Origin: Oikopleura dioica
Taxonomy: Eukaryota; Animalia; Chordata
DNA: 64,000 nucleotides
NCBI GenBank assembly: GCA_907165135.1
Contig: OU015568.1
Coordinates: 13,702,001 to 13,766,000 of the forward strand
Direction of reading: 5' to 3'
The position numbers and the translations under genes are program-made. The notes under the pieces are model-generated. The model was not told the origin of the DNA. It ran no database searches and worked only from the letters and a program-made list of their open reading frames with translations. How positions within the stretch are numbered: the first letter of the stretch is position 1; every line of letters begins with the position of its first letter. Below are positions 28,001 to 39,150 of this stretch, piece by piece.

Positions 28001-31000
28001 CCGTTGTTGTCGTTGCAGCGGATGTTGTTGGCGTGATTTCTGTTGATGCTGCATATTCGTCGAGATAAGACTCAAGGTCCCCATACTCGCCAATTTCACC
28101 GCGAGTAGCAACACAAGTTTCATAATTTGCTGCCAAGTAAAGGTTGTCGGGACATTTACAGTCGTATCCATCATCGGCAGGCAGACAAATATGAGAGCAT
28201 TTTATATCATTTGTCATGCAAATACCATTGTCCGCAACAGCTAAACCACTGTTGAAGAAAAGTTGCGTTGGCCGGATCAGATTTTTGATAAGAGTGTTGC
28301 CTTGAGAGACATCACGGCTGAAAGTGTGTACACTTTGCGTTTCCCAGTCGGAAAAATAGTTATTGCTTCCATCAGTGGCAATGGAGAATAAATGACCCGC
28401 TTCTATAAAGCTCGAGGAATGAATAGGGGCAAAATCTGCCGATGTGTAGCTCTCCATTTCTACAGTTTTTGCATCGCCAAGAACAATTTCTTGTGATAAA
28501 CTGTCGAAGACAATTGACGCTGGATAGTGCGACTTTGGCACTACTTGTTTCTTGTCCGATCCATTAAAGTCCATTTCCCAAATACCAGACTGCTTTCCCA
28601 TTTCTGTCCAGAAGATTTTACCAGTCGTTGCGTCTAGTGCCACTCCCATTGGAAACTCTCGTTGAGCAGCTGCTGTTGCATGGAAAATCGCGCCAGGTCG
28701 AAGGGAAAGAATTTCAATGCTACCTCGTCCACTATCAGTCCAAACAAGGAGCCGATTTTCGACATCGAATGTGAGTGCATTTATTTCACCGATATTTTCA
28801 ATATATGGCATAACTTCATACTCCAGGGTTCGATCTCTATCTTTGATGCTTTCTGGTGGCGTTACAAAGAACTTTCTCCTCGCAATATGCTTAATTCCAT
28901 TATCTGACCAGTAAACATAATTTTCGATGGGATCGTAAACAACACCGGCAATATTGGAAAACATATTCGGAGACTCATAAAGAATGACAGGTCCAGGAGT
29001 TTGATCTGGATATCCATCTTCCAGAGTTTGTAGAAGAATTCGATTCATGTCGGCAACAAGAAGAAATCTTTCAGGCGTCTTACATTGAACACCGTCGGTT
29101 CCGATAACAAGTCCAGTGTTTTTGGGACAACTGCAGTAGTATTCTCGGGCCGAAGTCTTGTCGGGAACACAAATATGTGAGCATAGATTCTTGAGACAAG
29201 GGCTGTTCTTCACATTCGCCGAGACACGGTCGACAAAGAATATTCCCGTCGGTTTCGACAAATTCAGTTTCAATTTTAAAATCACAGAATCTCTTCCAAA
29301 AGTAGTTGGGTCGATTTCGACGATTCCTCCGAGTTCCCAATCAGTGAACCAGCTCATATCTCCATAGCCAGTTACACCGAATGGTAATCTGATTCGCTCA
29401 GGTGGAATAGAGTAACTGTCATGTTCATAAATATTCTTTTCTGGACTGTAAATCCAAGTCACACTGGGAGGATCTACATATGCATATCCATCTTCGCCAG
29501 AATATTGAGCATCGGCAAGCAATATCTTTTGGTGCCTTCGGACAAGATAACAGCGAGGCCATTTGGGTTTTTCAATCGAAGGTCCTTCATTTCATTAATC
29601 GCGGAGATTTCAGTTAAATCCCTTCCTTGATAATCACACCGGTAGATTGCTGGTTTTTCTCCCCAATCAGTAAAATAAATGACTGTTTCAGACGGATCAA
29701 CAGCAATTGCTCTCGGATATTGAAGCCCCCAAGAACCGATGAGAACTCTGTCATAGTTTGCAAGCGAAAGTGACTCGATTCTTGCTTGTGATTTGTTATG
29801 TTTGGTGGTCGATCCCATCGGCAGCACATTGGTGAAAAATAATAAGCGGTTGTCAACGTCGATGGCGAGTCCATCAACAGTTCCAATAAGATCTTCCAGC
29901 ACTGTTTCGTGGGTAACTTGTCCAAGCTTTTTCGATAAATGCGGTTGAATGCGACATCGGACCAATAAACATACTCGTCGACTGGATCATAGACGACTGC
30001 GGAAGGTCTTTCAGAAGTCGCAATAACGACACGATCATGGACATCATCAGGCTGAATTTGAACACCGCCGATAGCTTTAGGAATGAGACTGATTGTCCCT
30101 TCGTCCAAAGATGTCACCAGAAGAAATTGATCTGGAATAACGCACGTTTTTCCATCCGGTGCCAGGACAAGCCCTGAATTTGACGGGCAAAGGCAAACAT
30201 AATCATCTTTTCCGATGTTCGCGCAGAGGTGTGAGCATCTATGTCGGACAGTTTTGTCGTTAGAATTTTGTTTTTCGCAAAATCTTATTCCTTGCTCACG
30301 TGGCGATTTTTGCATGTGCTTGTGAACGACTATCATCGAGAAGGGCCGCGGTGAGACTCCTCGGGATACTTGTGCGAGGTTTTTACTCTCTCGATTTACT
30401 GCGTAAACAGTCATGTCTCCTTGATACCAGGGAGCAAAGTACAGCTCATCGTTGTGGAGAGCGAGTCCGAATGCTGGAACGGGAGAGCCATCGACCTTGA
30501 ACATGTGCTCGAAATTGAGAATAACTTTATGATTCTGTCCCCAATAGTCGATTTGTTCTATTGTCCGCTTTCCTCCGTCAATCCAAAAATCATCCCTAAA
30601 AATGACTTTTAGAAATGTAACATGTAACAAATGTTGAGACCGATGACTAGGTTTGTGAGGACTAGGTTCGTGGGACTAGGTTCGTGGGTGCCATGTTGGA
30701 AAAAATGGCTCGTGTGACTAGGTTCGTGGAATTTGGATTTTTATATGTATTTTTTTGTATCTTCACCATTTTGGGGCAGTAAAAGAAATGGGTTGATGAC
30801 TAGGTTCGTAGGACTAGGTTCGTGAGTTTTAAATAGTAAAAATTTTGGGGCAGTAAGGGAAATGGGTTGATGACTAGGTTCCTGTGACTAGGTTCGTGAG
30901 TTTTGAAATAGTAAAAATTTTGGGGCAGTAAGGGAAAGGGGTTGATGACTAGGTTCGCGGGACTAGGTTCGTGAAGACTAGGTTCGTGAAGACTAAGTTC

Positions 31001-32358
31001 GTGGGACTAGGTTCGTGAAGACTAGGTTCGTGAGACTAGGTTCGTGGAATTCGGATTTTTATATGTATTTTTTGTATCTTCACCAACTCATTTGAACTCA
31101 TTAGGGATATAAAATCCTACATTTTGCTTGTTCAAAAACCCACGAACCTAGTCCCTAAAACCCTTTTCTTGTCAAATATATACCATTTAAAAATTCACGA
31201 ACCTAGTCCCACAAACCTAGTCATCAACCCATTTCCTTTACTGACCGAAAATCTTTACCATTTAAAAACTCACGAACCTAGTCTCACGATCCTAGTCATC
31301 AACCCATTCCCCTTACTGCCCCAAAATTTTTACTATTTAAAAACTCACGAACATAGTCCCACGAACCTAGTCATCAACCCATTTCCCTTACTGCCCCAAA
31401 ATAAAGGCCAATTTCAATACTCTGGCAGAACCCAACACGAACCTAGTCCCACGAACCTAGTCCTCACGAGCTTAGTCGTCATTCCCCAAATGTTTTAACC
31501 TTTTCAAATCCCTCGACCCAAAACAAGTTCACGTAAAAAGGAAAGCCGCACGTGAAAGGGTAACTTACCATTTGTTGTGATTTGAGATCCGTCCGGTAAT
31601 GTGTTGTTGTTTTCTTGATAGGGATCGATGACAATTTGATTAGGCCAGATACCGTCTGCATAAAGTGTTTCAAACTTCGATTCTTCGGACAAATACGGGT
31701 GCATTCCGTTCATCGTTGCGAAGTTAATCGTTCCGTCCGTATGATCGGACCAGACAAGCGAGCCAGCGATCGGATCCACTGCGAGAGATCGAGGATCGTG
31801 GAGACCAGAAATGAGTCTCACTCGATTTCGCCCGAACTGATCTGCCATGAAGATGGCCCCGTGCTGAGCATCTGCCCAGTAGACATTCTTCGAAAGCCAA
31901 TCGATAGCGACTCCATTTGGTTCATATATATCGTCGGAGATAAATCTAGTAGCACGGGAGGAGCAATCAAGGGCAGTGACGTAAATTCCAACGTGGCCGT
32001 TGACGACATCCGTAAAATACATTTTGTTGTCGTTGAGATCTGCTGCAATACCAACCGCAGTCCCCGGAATATTGTTGATGCAGTCTTTACGGTAAACGTC
32101 TCCTTCGAAAAGAGCGATTCTATGAATTTGCGGCCCATCAGCAATGACGAGAAAGGCTGCTTCATTTGTGTACCCACAAGAGTACTGCCCATTTCCTCCA
32201 TTCAAACACTCGCATCTCTGTATTTTCCCGCCGATCTCTTTTGTCCAAGAAGTCCCTTGGAGATATCTGCTTCCCGAATCGTCAACGCAGACACTCAATG
32301 TATTGATGCTCTGACTCTGGCATAATATCGTTTTTAACAAAAATAAGAATAAAATCAT
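25098..32358 (-). CDS. Large type-I receptor: signal peptide, FN1-like module, YWTD-EGF propellers, Thr-rich stalk, 2 HYR, sushi-like, GCC2/GCC3-like Cys repeat, TM, low-complexity tail
   Basis: Signal MILFLFLLKTILCQS; YFTD/YWAD/VWSD/YWSD/YFTDW/VWTD/FWTE repeats with CSHLC/CSHIC EGFs; DIIDTEPPRLVFCP (HYR); CELCRIGEYQEIPGTSKCFSCPAGKTT; TM FVIAGCAAGFIILLALVLCIVCVI. Homopolymer frameshifts at ~29527 and ~29930; long intron ~30597-31568. Confidence 0.85.
30644..31482. mobile_element. Palindromic MITE with tandem GACTAGGTTCGTG subrepeats, intronic
   Basis: Left half carries many GACTAGGTTCGTG copies and ~60-bp repeats; right half carries the reverse complement CACGAACCTAGTC. Confidence 0.75.
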
Positions 32359-33049
32359 TTTCTCATAGTTTTATCAATCACTCATTTTTTTCAAAAGCAG
32401 ATTCAAAAATGAGAATGAAAAAAATGGGACTGAGCGCGCTGATAATAGAACATTGCCGCGGGCGATTGCTATCAGAATAAAAACTTTTAAAAGGACCGAA
32501 ATTTATCGATTTATTGGTTCCGGAAACGGGATTAGGATGTTCTCATCACTTCGTTTGCACGTTGAAATCTAAATTAACCACTATTATCGACGAAATTGAT
32601 GAGAAGAAACCAGTAAAAAGCGCCAATAACCTGGCGCTGCGACATGAATGAGCGCCAATAGAATCTGGTGGAGTACCTCGCCGCGGGAGATCAGCGCGCC
32701 GCGCCGCAGCGGGATACGGCGCATAAAAATCGGGAAAATTCTTAGCAGAAAAAATGCAGTAAAAATAAGATTTGGGTATTTATTCTTCATTTTGAACAAA
32801 ATTGACAGGTACAATTCTTTCACACTTCCTGTCAGCGGTAAATGTAAGATTTGAGCCGTTGAACTTCGAGAAAAGTTATTCAAAATCAACAGTTTTTGCT
32901 ACCATTAGAATTTTCTTCTAGTTGTGCGTTGACTCGATCTTCATTCCATCCATATTCTAGGTTAATTTTGTTAATCCCGATCTGTGAAGCTCTCTCTTTG
33001 ACTCGTCCTTAACTTCTCAATACACGGGCGCGCGACTAAGCGCTCAAAA

Positions 33050-33436
33050 CACGGGGTCGGCAAAACCGACCACAAAGCATTATTCAGCCCGCGCGGCGCG
33101 CTAAATCCGGAGTGTGAAAAATAACGTCGACTATTTTGATCCCTCATTCATATTTCCGTCGAGGTAATAAGTTCAAAACTATACTGTTAGAAAGCTTAAA
33201 CACTCAGCTATTTACTCATGTTATTATCAAGGAGAAAAAACCTGCCAATTTTTCGATAATGAGCTCGAAAGAGATCTGGTGCAAAGCGCCATCCCTCTTG
33301 AAAAATTTCACGAAACTTCGCAGAGTGGTTCGGTTTGTTCATATGAGTGCACATTGCAAAAATTAGGTCAAACGGATTACCACATTTGAAGTAATTGAAG
33401 GCCAAAGCCGCCGTGGTCGGTTTTACCGACCACGTG
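33050..33436. mobile_element. Short TIR element (MITE-like)
   Basis: 24-bp inverted ends CACGGGGTCGGCAAAACCGACCAC / GTGGTCGGTTTTACCGACCACGTG (2 mismatches). No TSD seen. Confidence 0.4.
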
Positions 33437-33804
33437 TATTGAGAAGTTAAGGACTAAAGTAACCAAGAGATCTTCATTTTTCGGTCAACTTAAGCTGGCC
33501 ACGTTGTTGGGTCGAGGTTATCTTCCTAAATGGAGCAGGGCTTGGATTGACGGACGCGGCACTTGCGCTGGACTGGCCAACGAAGTCGAGGGAAAATGGA
33601 AATCGGGAGATCTTGATCATTGGTCTAAATCTCTGAGGAAGATTTTTTAGTCTGAATGACTTTATTGCAACGATTTTATTAAATACTCTTGAAAATGATC
33701 CGTAGCAAACCATATTTCGTAGGAAACACCTAATCTAACATGTTCAATAATAAAAAAGTAATATAAAAACTTTCTATATAACAGCAATAGAACTAGCCCC
33801 CTTC

Positions 33805-33924
33805 GCTTAGCGTCATACCGCGTAGAATAAACCAGTTCTCGTCCGATCACTGAAGTCAAACTACGACGGGTGGGGTTAGTACTTACATGGGTGACCGGTT
33901 GGGAATACCTCGTGCGCTAAGCAT
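33805..33924 (+). rRNA. 5S rRNA gene, copy 3
   Basis: Same 118-nt core with one substitution (GGGTGGGG). Confidence 0.9.
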
Positions 33925-34176
33925 TTTGACTTTTGCGCCAAACATGGATTATCCTTTTTCCTGCGGGATCATTTTTACATTCTATTGATTATCACACGAG
34001 CTATCAGACTTTGAAAAAGTAATCACGTTTGTTCCAGCCAAGCATTGAGAGCTTGGGTGGCGGGCGGCGTGGCACTTGGGAAAAAGCGCCCTTTACCGCG
34101 CGCCTTTCTGAAAAGAGGCCGAAAATAGGAGCGTGCAGCGACAAAACGACCTCGAAATCAAGCACCCCTCTTCTTC

Positions 34177-34269
34177 ACTCATCCCATTTTTGAGTCCGAT
34201 TTCAATTGTCTAACAGGTAAGAATCGTCTCCATGCCAACTCTCTCCTATCCCTCTCGCCTCATACGAAC
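34177..34269 (+). ncRNA. Spliced-leader RNA gene, copy 3 (variant leader, G28A)
   Basis: Leader 34177-34216 reads TTCAATTG instead of TTCGATTG; donor GTAAG is intact. Confidence 0.85.
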
Positions 34270-34323
34270 AAAAATTTCTTAGAAAGATGCCTCTTTACGT
34301 CAGTCATCTTTTGCGGATATCAT

Positions 34324-34733
34324 TTATTCGTCCCTATCGACAAAACTGATTGGAACGGTAGTACCGAACTTTCTATCAGCAGTGAATAATAGGTTTTTTC
34401 CATCGAATTTGGAGGAGAGTGAATCAAAGTCAACTGTTTTTGGCACAGAAAGGGTTCTCTTCCAGTTGTGTGATGACTCGATCTTCACTCCTTCGACGAT
34501 CTCTGATGTTTTTGATGAGCCAGAGATTTGTAGCTCTCTCTTTGACTCGTCTTTGGTGATTTTGAGGTCTTCTTTCTGTGTTGGAAGCGACGCTAGATCA
34601 ACTCTTGCTGACCAGGTTGTAGGAGTGATCATTTCCTGCGAAATGGAGTAGGGCTGGAAGCGACGAGAACGGCATTTGCGCTGGATCGGACGCTCGAATT
34701 CGGGAGAAAAAGGAAATGCGGCGATTTTATCAT
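34324..34733 (-). CDS. Small heat-shock protein (HSP20/alpha-crystallin domain), intronless
   Basis: WSARVDLASLP..DLKIT..ELQISG..WKRTLSVPKTVDFDSLSSKFDGKNLLFTA plus a C-terminal VPI motif. ATG at 34733 is in frame only if the T4 at 34726-34729 is T5; otherwise the start is 34632. Confidence 0.75.
34324..34733. other. Note: paralogue of the + strand sHSP; the two form a head-to-head pair
   Basis: Aligned blocks WSARVDLASLPTQKEDLKI / WCSCINLSSLPTKAEELHV and SSHNWKRTLSVP / STHVWTKEIRIP. Confidence 0.7.
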
Positions 34734-34800
34734 CTTTTGCTTTTTTGAATCTCTTGGAAAGATTTCTTAGTTTGAATGTGCTCTTGCTGAAACAAGCCCA

Positions 34801-35013
34801 TTTTATACCCTTGAAAACTTCAAGAACATTCGGCAAATCAAGTGTAGAATATTCCAGAATATAACAGAAAATTCCCGAAGAAATCGAACATTCCAGAAGA
34901 TTGGAGAAGATAATCTTCTTAGTAGATTTTTCAGAAAGAAGATTCCAGAACATTCTAAACTGGAAATAGAACCTTCTGGAAGGAACGGCGACAGTCATCA
35001 GTGGCTATAAATA
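34801..35013. promoter_or_regulatory. Bidirectional heat-shock promoter: clustered nGAAn heat-shock elements between two TATA boxes
   Basis: GAATATTCCAGAA, GAACATTCCAGAA, GAAGATTCCAGAACATTC and GAACCTTCTGGAA; TATAAAA on - (34801-34807) and TATAAATA on + (35006-35013). Confidence 0.85.
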
Positions 35014-35065
35014 ACGAGTGGGAGATAGCTTTCTCATCACACCAGAGATACAAAAACCAACGAAA

Positions 35066-35497
35066 ATGTTTACTTTTTCCGACGAACACTTCGAACCCCT
35101 GATGAACCAGTTGTTTTCTGAGTTTGCCCATTCCGCCAACAAGCGAGGAGGATGCTGCCAAACTGCTGCGAAAACGAGCAAGTGGTGCAGCTGCATTAAC
35201 CTTTCTTCACTCCCCACCAAGGCCGAGGAACTGCACGTGAAGGTGGACGAGAAGAGCCGCACTCTGACCGTCTCTGGAAAGTCTGAAACGGAGTCTACTC
35301 GACGAGACGGATTGAAGATCTTCTCAACTCACGTCTGGACAAAAGAAATTCGAATTCCAGAGGATGTGGAGCTGAAGACGATCGCGTCCAAGTTGCACGA
35401 GAATCAGCTCACTTTCGTTGCCGAACGAGTTCAGAAAGAAGAAGACAAGCAACAAGAAATTCCGATCGAGATCGTCGATACTCCTGCTCTTGACTGA
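35066..35497 (+). CDS. Small heat-shock protein (HSP20/alpha-crystallin domain), intronless
   Basis: ELHVKVDEKSRTLTVSGK..WTKEIRIPEDVELKTIASKLHENQLTFVA and the C-terminal IPI (IxI) motif. ATG 35066 is the first start downstream of the TATA box. Confidence 0.85.
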   Translation: MFTFSDEHFEPLMNQLFSEFAHSANKRGGCCQTAAKTSKWCSCINLSSLPTKAEELHVKVDEKSRTLTVSGKSETESTRRDGLKIFSTHVWTKEIRIPEDVELKTIASKLHENQLTFVAERVQKEEDKQQEIPIEIVDTPALD

Positions 35498-35628
35498 GAT
35501 AGTCGATCTTCGTTCAGTCCTTTCTTACCTGATTTTACGGAAAACACATAGATACAGTATCAACCTGCAATAAACATAATTCTGATTCGAAAATTTGCTA
35601 TATATACCGGATAGAACCAGCCTCCTTC

Positions 35629-35748
35629 GCTTAGCGTCATACCGCGTAGAATAAACCAGTTCTCGTCCGATCACTGAAGTCAAACTACGACGGGCGGGGT
35701 TAGTACTTACATGGGTGACCGGTTGGGAATACCTCGTGCGCTAAGCAT
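35629..35748 (+). rRNA. 5S rRNA gene, copy 4
   Basis: Full 5S core plus a T5 terminator. Confidence 0.9.
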
Positions 35749-36001
35749 TTTTGACTTTTTGAAACGGTGACTATTCTTTTTACGAGGAAACATTCGGAGT
35801 CGTATTGTCGAAGACTCAACTCATCAGTAATTGAAAAAGTCGCCATGTTTGCGTGAAGTAAGCATTGAGAGTTAAGCTTGCGTGGCGGGCGGCGTGGCAG
35901 ATGTGAAAAAGCGCCCTCTACCGCGCGCTTTTCTGAAAAGAGGCCGAAAATAGGAGCGTGCAGCGACAAAACGACCTCGAAATCAAGCACCCTCTCTCTT
36001 T

Positions 36002-36094
36002 ACTCATCCCATTTTTGAGTCCGATTTCGATTGTCTAACAGGTAAGAATCGTCTCCATGTCCTCTCTCTCTATCCCTCTCGCCTCTTACAAACA
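36002..36094 (+). ncRNA. Spliced-leader RNA gene, copy 4 (leader 36002-36041)
   Basis: Exact 40-nt leader plus GTAAG. Confidence 0.9.
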
Positions 36095-36766
36095 AAGACT
36101 CTACTCAAAAATTCTACTCCGGGTGGTGCTTCTTTTACCCCATGAGTCCATCTGGACCTCCAGTGGAAGTTTTCTAGCCCACTTCCGCCATACCGACCCT
36201 GTAACACCATACCTTTTCTGAATCAGCAGAAAATTTTACACACTTTGACCCTTTAAAATTCTAGAAATCTTCACTTCCGGTCGATTCTAGAGCCGGAAGT
36301 CATCGAAATTTTCGAATATATATAAAGTGTGACCCATCAAATTGATGCTCAGAAGATTCTGGATCATCTCATTATCGATTCATTCAAAGAAACAAATCCG
36401 CGGTCAAGCCGACCGTCAAAACTACAAAAAAGCATAAATTTATGAATTTTTTCAGTTTTTAGCGGTTGATTTGGTCGTGGCCGAGATTGATTCTTCTCTT
36501 AGATGATCCAGAATCTTCTGAGCATCAATTTGATGGGTCACACTTTATATATATTCGAAAATTTCGATGACTTCCGGCTCTAGAATCGACCGGAAGTGAA
36601 GATTTCTAGAATTTTAAAGGGTCAAAGTGTGTAAGATTTTCTGCTGATTCGGAAAAGGTATGGTGTTACAGGGTCGGTATGGCGGAAGTGGGCTAGAAAA
36701 CTTCCACTGGAGGTCCAGATGGACTCATGGGGTTAAAAGAAGTAGAATTTTTTGAGTAGAGTCTTT

Positions 36767-36858
36767 GTTTGTAAGAGGCGAGAGGGATAGGAGAGAGAGG
36801 ACATGGAGACGATTCTTACCTGTTAGACAATCGAAATCGGACTCAAAATGGGATGAGT
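36767..36858 (-). ncRNA. Spliced-leader RNA gene, copy 5 (leader 36858-36820, T4 instead of T5)
   Basis: 39-nt leader; the missing T is in a homopolymer and may be an assembly error. Confidence 0.85.
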
Positions 36859-37115
36859 AAAGAGAGAGGGTGCTTGATTTCGAGGTCGTTTTGTCGCTGC
36901 ACGCTCCTATTTTCGGCCTCTTTTCAGAAAAGCGCGCGGTAGAGGGCGCTTTTTCACATCTGCCACGCCGCCCGCCACGCAAGCTCAACTCTCAATGCTT
37001 ACTTCACGCAAACATGGCGACTTTTTTTCAATTACTGATGAGTTGAGTCTTCGACAATACGACTCCGAATGTTTCCTCGTAAAAAAGAATAGTCACCGTT
37101 TCAAAAAAGTCAAAA

Positions 37116-37235
37116 ATGCTTAGCGCACGAGGTATTCCCAACCGGTCACCCATGTAAGTACTAACCCCGCCCGTCGTAGTTTGACTTCAGTGATCGGACG
37201 AGAACTGGTTTATTCTACGCGGTATGACGCTAAGC
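37116..37235 (-). rRNA. 5S rRNA gene, copy 5
   Basis: Reverse complement of the 5S core. Confidence 0.9.
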
Positions 37236-37265
37236 GAAAGAAGCTGGTTCTATTGCTGTTATATA

Positions 37266-37658
37266 CAGTATGTTTCCAAATTTCCGGACTAATTTTGTCC
37301 CCAGATTTCCGAAAAATGTCCGGAAATTTGGCCTTCCTATAAAAAATAATGTCCCACCAAGCATCCTTAAAATTTTTTGAAATATGGTCACTTACCCGTG
37401 TAGAAGTCGTCTAAACGCAAAAAGACGACGACAAAGTGGGTTTGATAGGAGAACTCAAGGATAAACACAAGAAAGTCGATGTATTAAACCTTTTGTACCT
37501 TATTTCGAAGAAAAATATGAGCTACCGTCAATTTTTTTCTTAATTTGAAAAAAGTCCGGAAATTTAGGTCATCGTCAATTTGTTAGTGTCCCACTAAAAC
37601 CCCTTAAAATCTGAAAGGTGTCCGGAAATTTGGACTCCGGAAATTTGGCAACAAACTG
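37266..37658. mobile_element. Tc1/mariner-type MITE
   Basis: TA|CAGTATGTTTCCAAATTTCCGGA ... TCCGGAAATTTGGCAACAAACTG|TA. The uninterrupted site is present in the inverted paralogous flank at ~33770-33790. Confidence 0.8.
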
Positions 37659-37749
37659 TAGAATGTTTTTGTAATACTTTAATAATTATTAAACACGTTA
37701 GATTAGGTGTTTCCTGGTTTGGTACGAAATATGGTTTGGACCGGATCAT

Positions 37750-38702
37750 TAGGGTTAATCACTAATAATTGAACTTTTTTCAAGCTTAGCAGGGTGGGAG
37801 TATAAAACAGTTTTAGAATCCCCAGAAGCTGGGGATCATTTTGACTATGGATAGACTATCTCACTGTGAGGGTGATCTCGTACCCTGAGGGCATTTTGGT
37901 CCCCGGAAGTCCCAAAATCTGGGTAATTCTAGGAAATGTGAATTTTTGAGGGCGAAGATAAGCTTCTCTGATGAAGCGGTTTCAACAGATTGTAGCGCAG
38001 GTTCTGACGGTCATTTTGAGGTGTAGAAAAGTATGTCCTGGGGGGGTGTCTAGAAGGTGGTGGAGGTGGTACAAAGTTGGGGTCAAAGCCGGAAATCCAG
38101 TCAAAATGCATTCTAGCATGATTCAAATACAGTAACACCCAAGTTATAACTATAAATGCATAGAAGGTTACTTGGGGTAAAAATAAGGGTCATTCGGGGT
38201 CATCTGAGGTCAACTCTGGTGAACAGAAACATTATTTTGAAAAAACACTAACATGACCCCAGATGACCCCAAGTGACCCCAATTTGACCTCAAGTGATAT
38301 TCTATGGATAAATAGTAATAACTTAAGTGTTACTGTATTTGAATCATGCTAGAATGCATTTTGACCGGATTTCCGGCTTTGACCCCAACTTTGTACCACC
38401 TCCACCACCTTCTAGACACCCCCGGGACATACTTTTCTGCACCTCGAAATGACCGTCAGAATCTGCGCTACAATCTGTAGAAACCGCTCCATCAGAGAAG
38501 CTTATCTTCGCCCCCAAAATTCACATTTCCGAGAAGTACCCAGATTTTGGGACTTCCGGCGAACTAAAATGCCCTAAGGGTACGAGATCACCTCTCACTA
38601 TCAATAGTCAAAATGATCCCCAGCTTCTGGGGATTCTAAAACTGTATTATACTCCCACCCTACTTAGCTAGAAAAAGTCGTAAATATTAGTGATTTACCC
38701 TA
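37750..38702. mobile_element. hAT-type MITE
   Basis: TIR TAGGGTTAATCACTAAT../..ATTAGTGATTTACCCTA and 8-bp TSD CGGATCAT (37742-37749, 38703-38710). The empty site lies at ~33690-33700 on -. Confidence 0.85.
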
Positions 38703-39150
38703 CGGATCATTTTCAAGAGTGTTTAATGAACTCGTCTCAATAAAGTCATTCAGACTAAGATAATCTTCCTCAGAGATCAGAACAAAGCAACCAATTATCA
38801 AAATCACCCGATTTCCATTTTCCCTCGACTTCGATCGGCCAGTCCAGCGCAAGTGCCGCGTCCGTTGATCCCAGCCCTGCTCCATTTAGGAAGATAACCT
38901 CAACCCAAAATAGTGGTCAGCTTTAGTTGACCTTGTTCTGCTGAGAACGAAAAAGAAGATGTCAAGGTGTTTTGTCCGATGTCGCGATGCACCACCAACG
39001 CTGCGCCATACCGGGGTTGATTTTTTCTCAATATGTCTCCGCCGGCGGCTAATTCGCTAAAAACTTTCCTGCGATATAGAACTTGTCGCCTTGATTTTCC
39101 AATTTGGCTCTATTAGTATTCTAAACAAACTCTTTTTATTCCTAAAAAAT

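Larger units (their letters stand above)
35611..37253. repeat. 1.64-kb palindrome: 5S-SL (+) / MITE hairpin / SL-5S (-)
   Basis: ATAGAACCAGC (35611) to GCTGGTTCTAT (37253); arms are near-identical up to an imperfect ~130-bp centre at ~36370-36500. Confidence 0.9.

Noticed and set aside
34734-35065. Longer ORF-track starts for the sHSPs (34998 on -, 35018 on +)
   Set aside because: They lie upstream of or at the TATA boxes, inside the HSE promoter, so they would not be in the mRNA.
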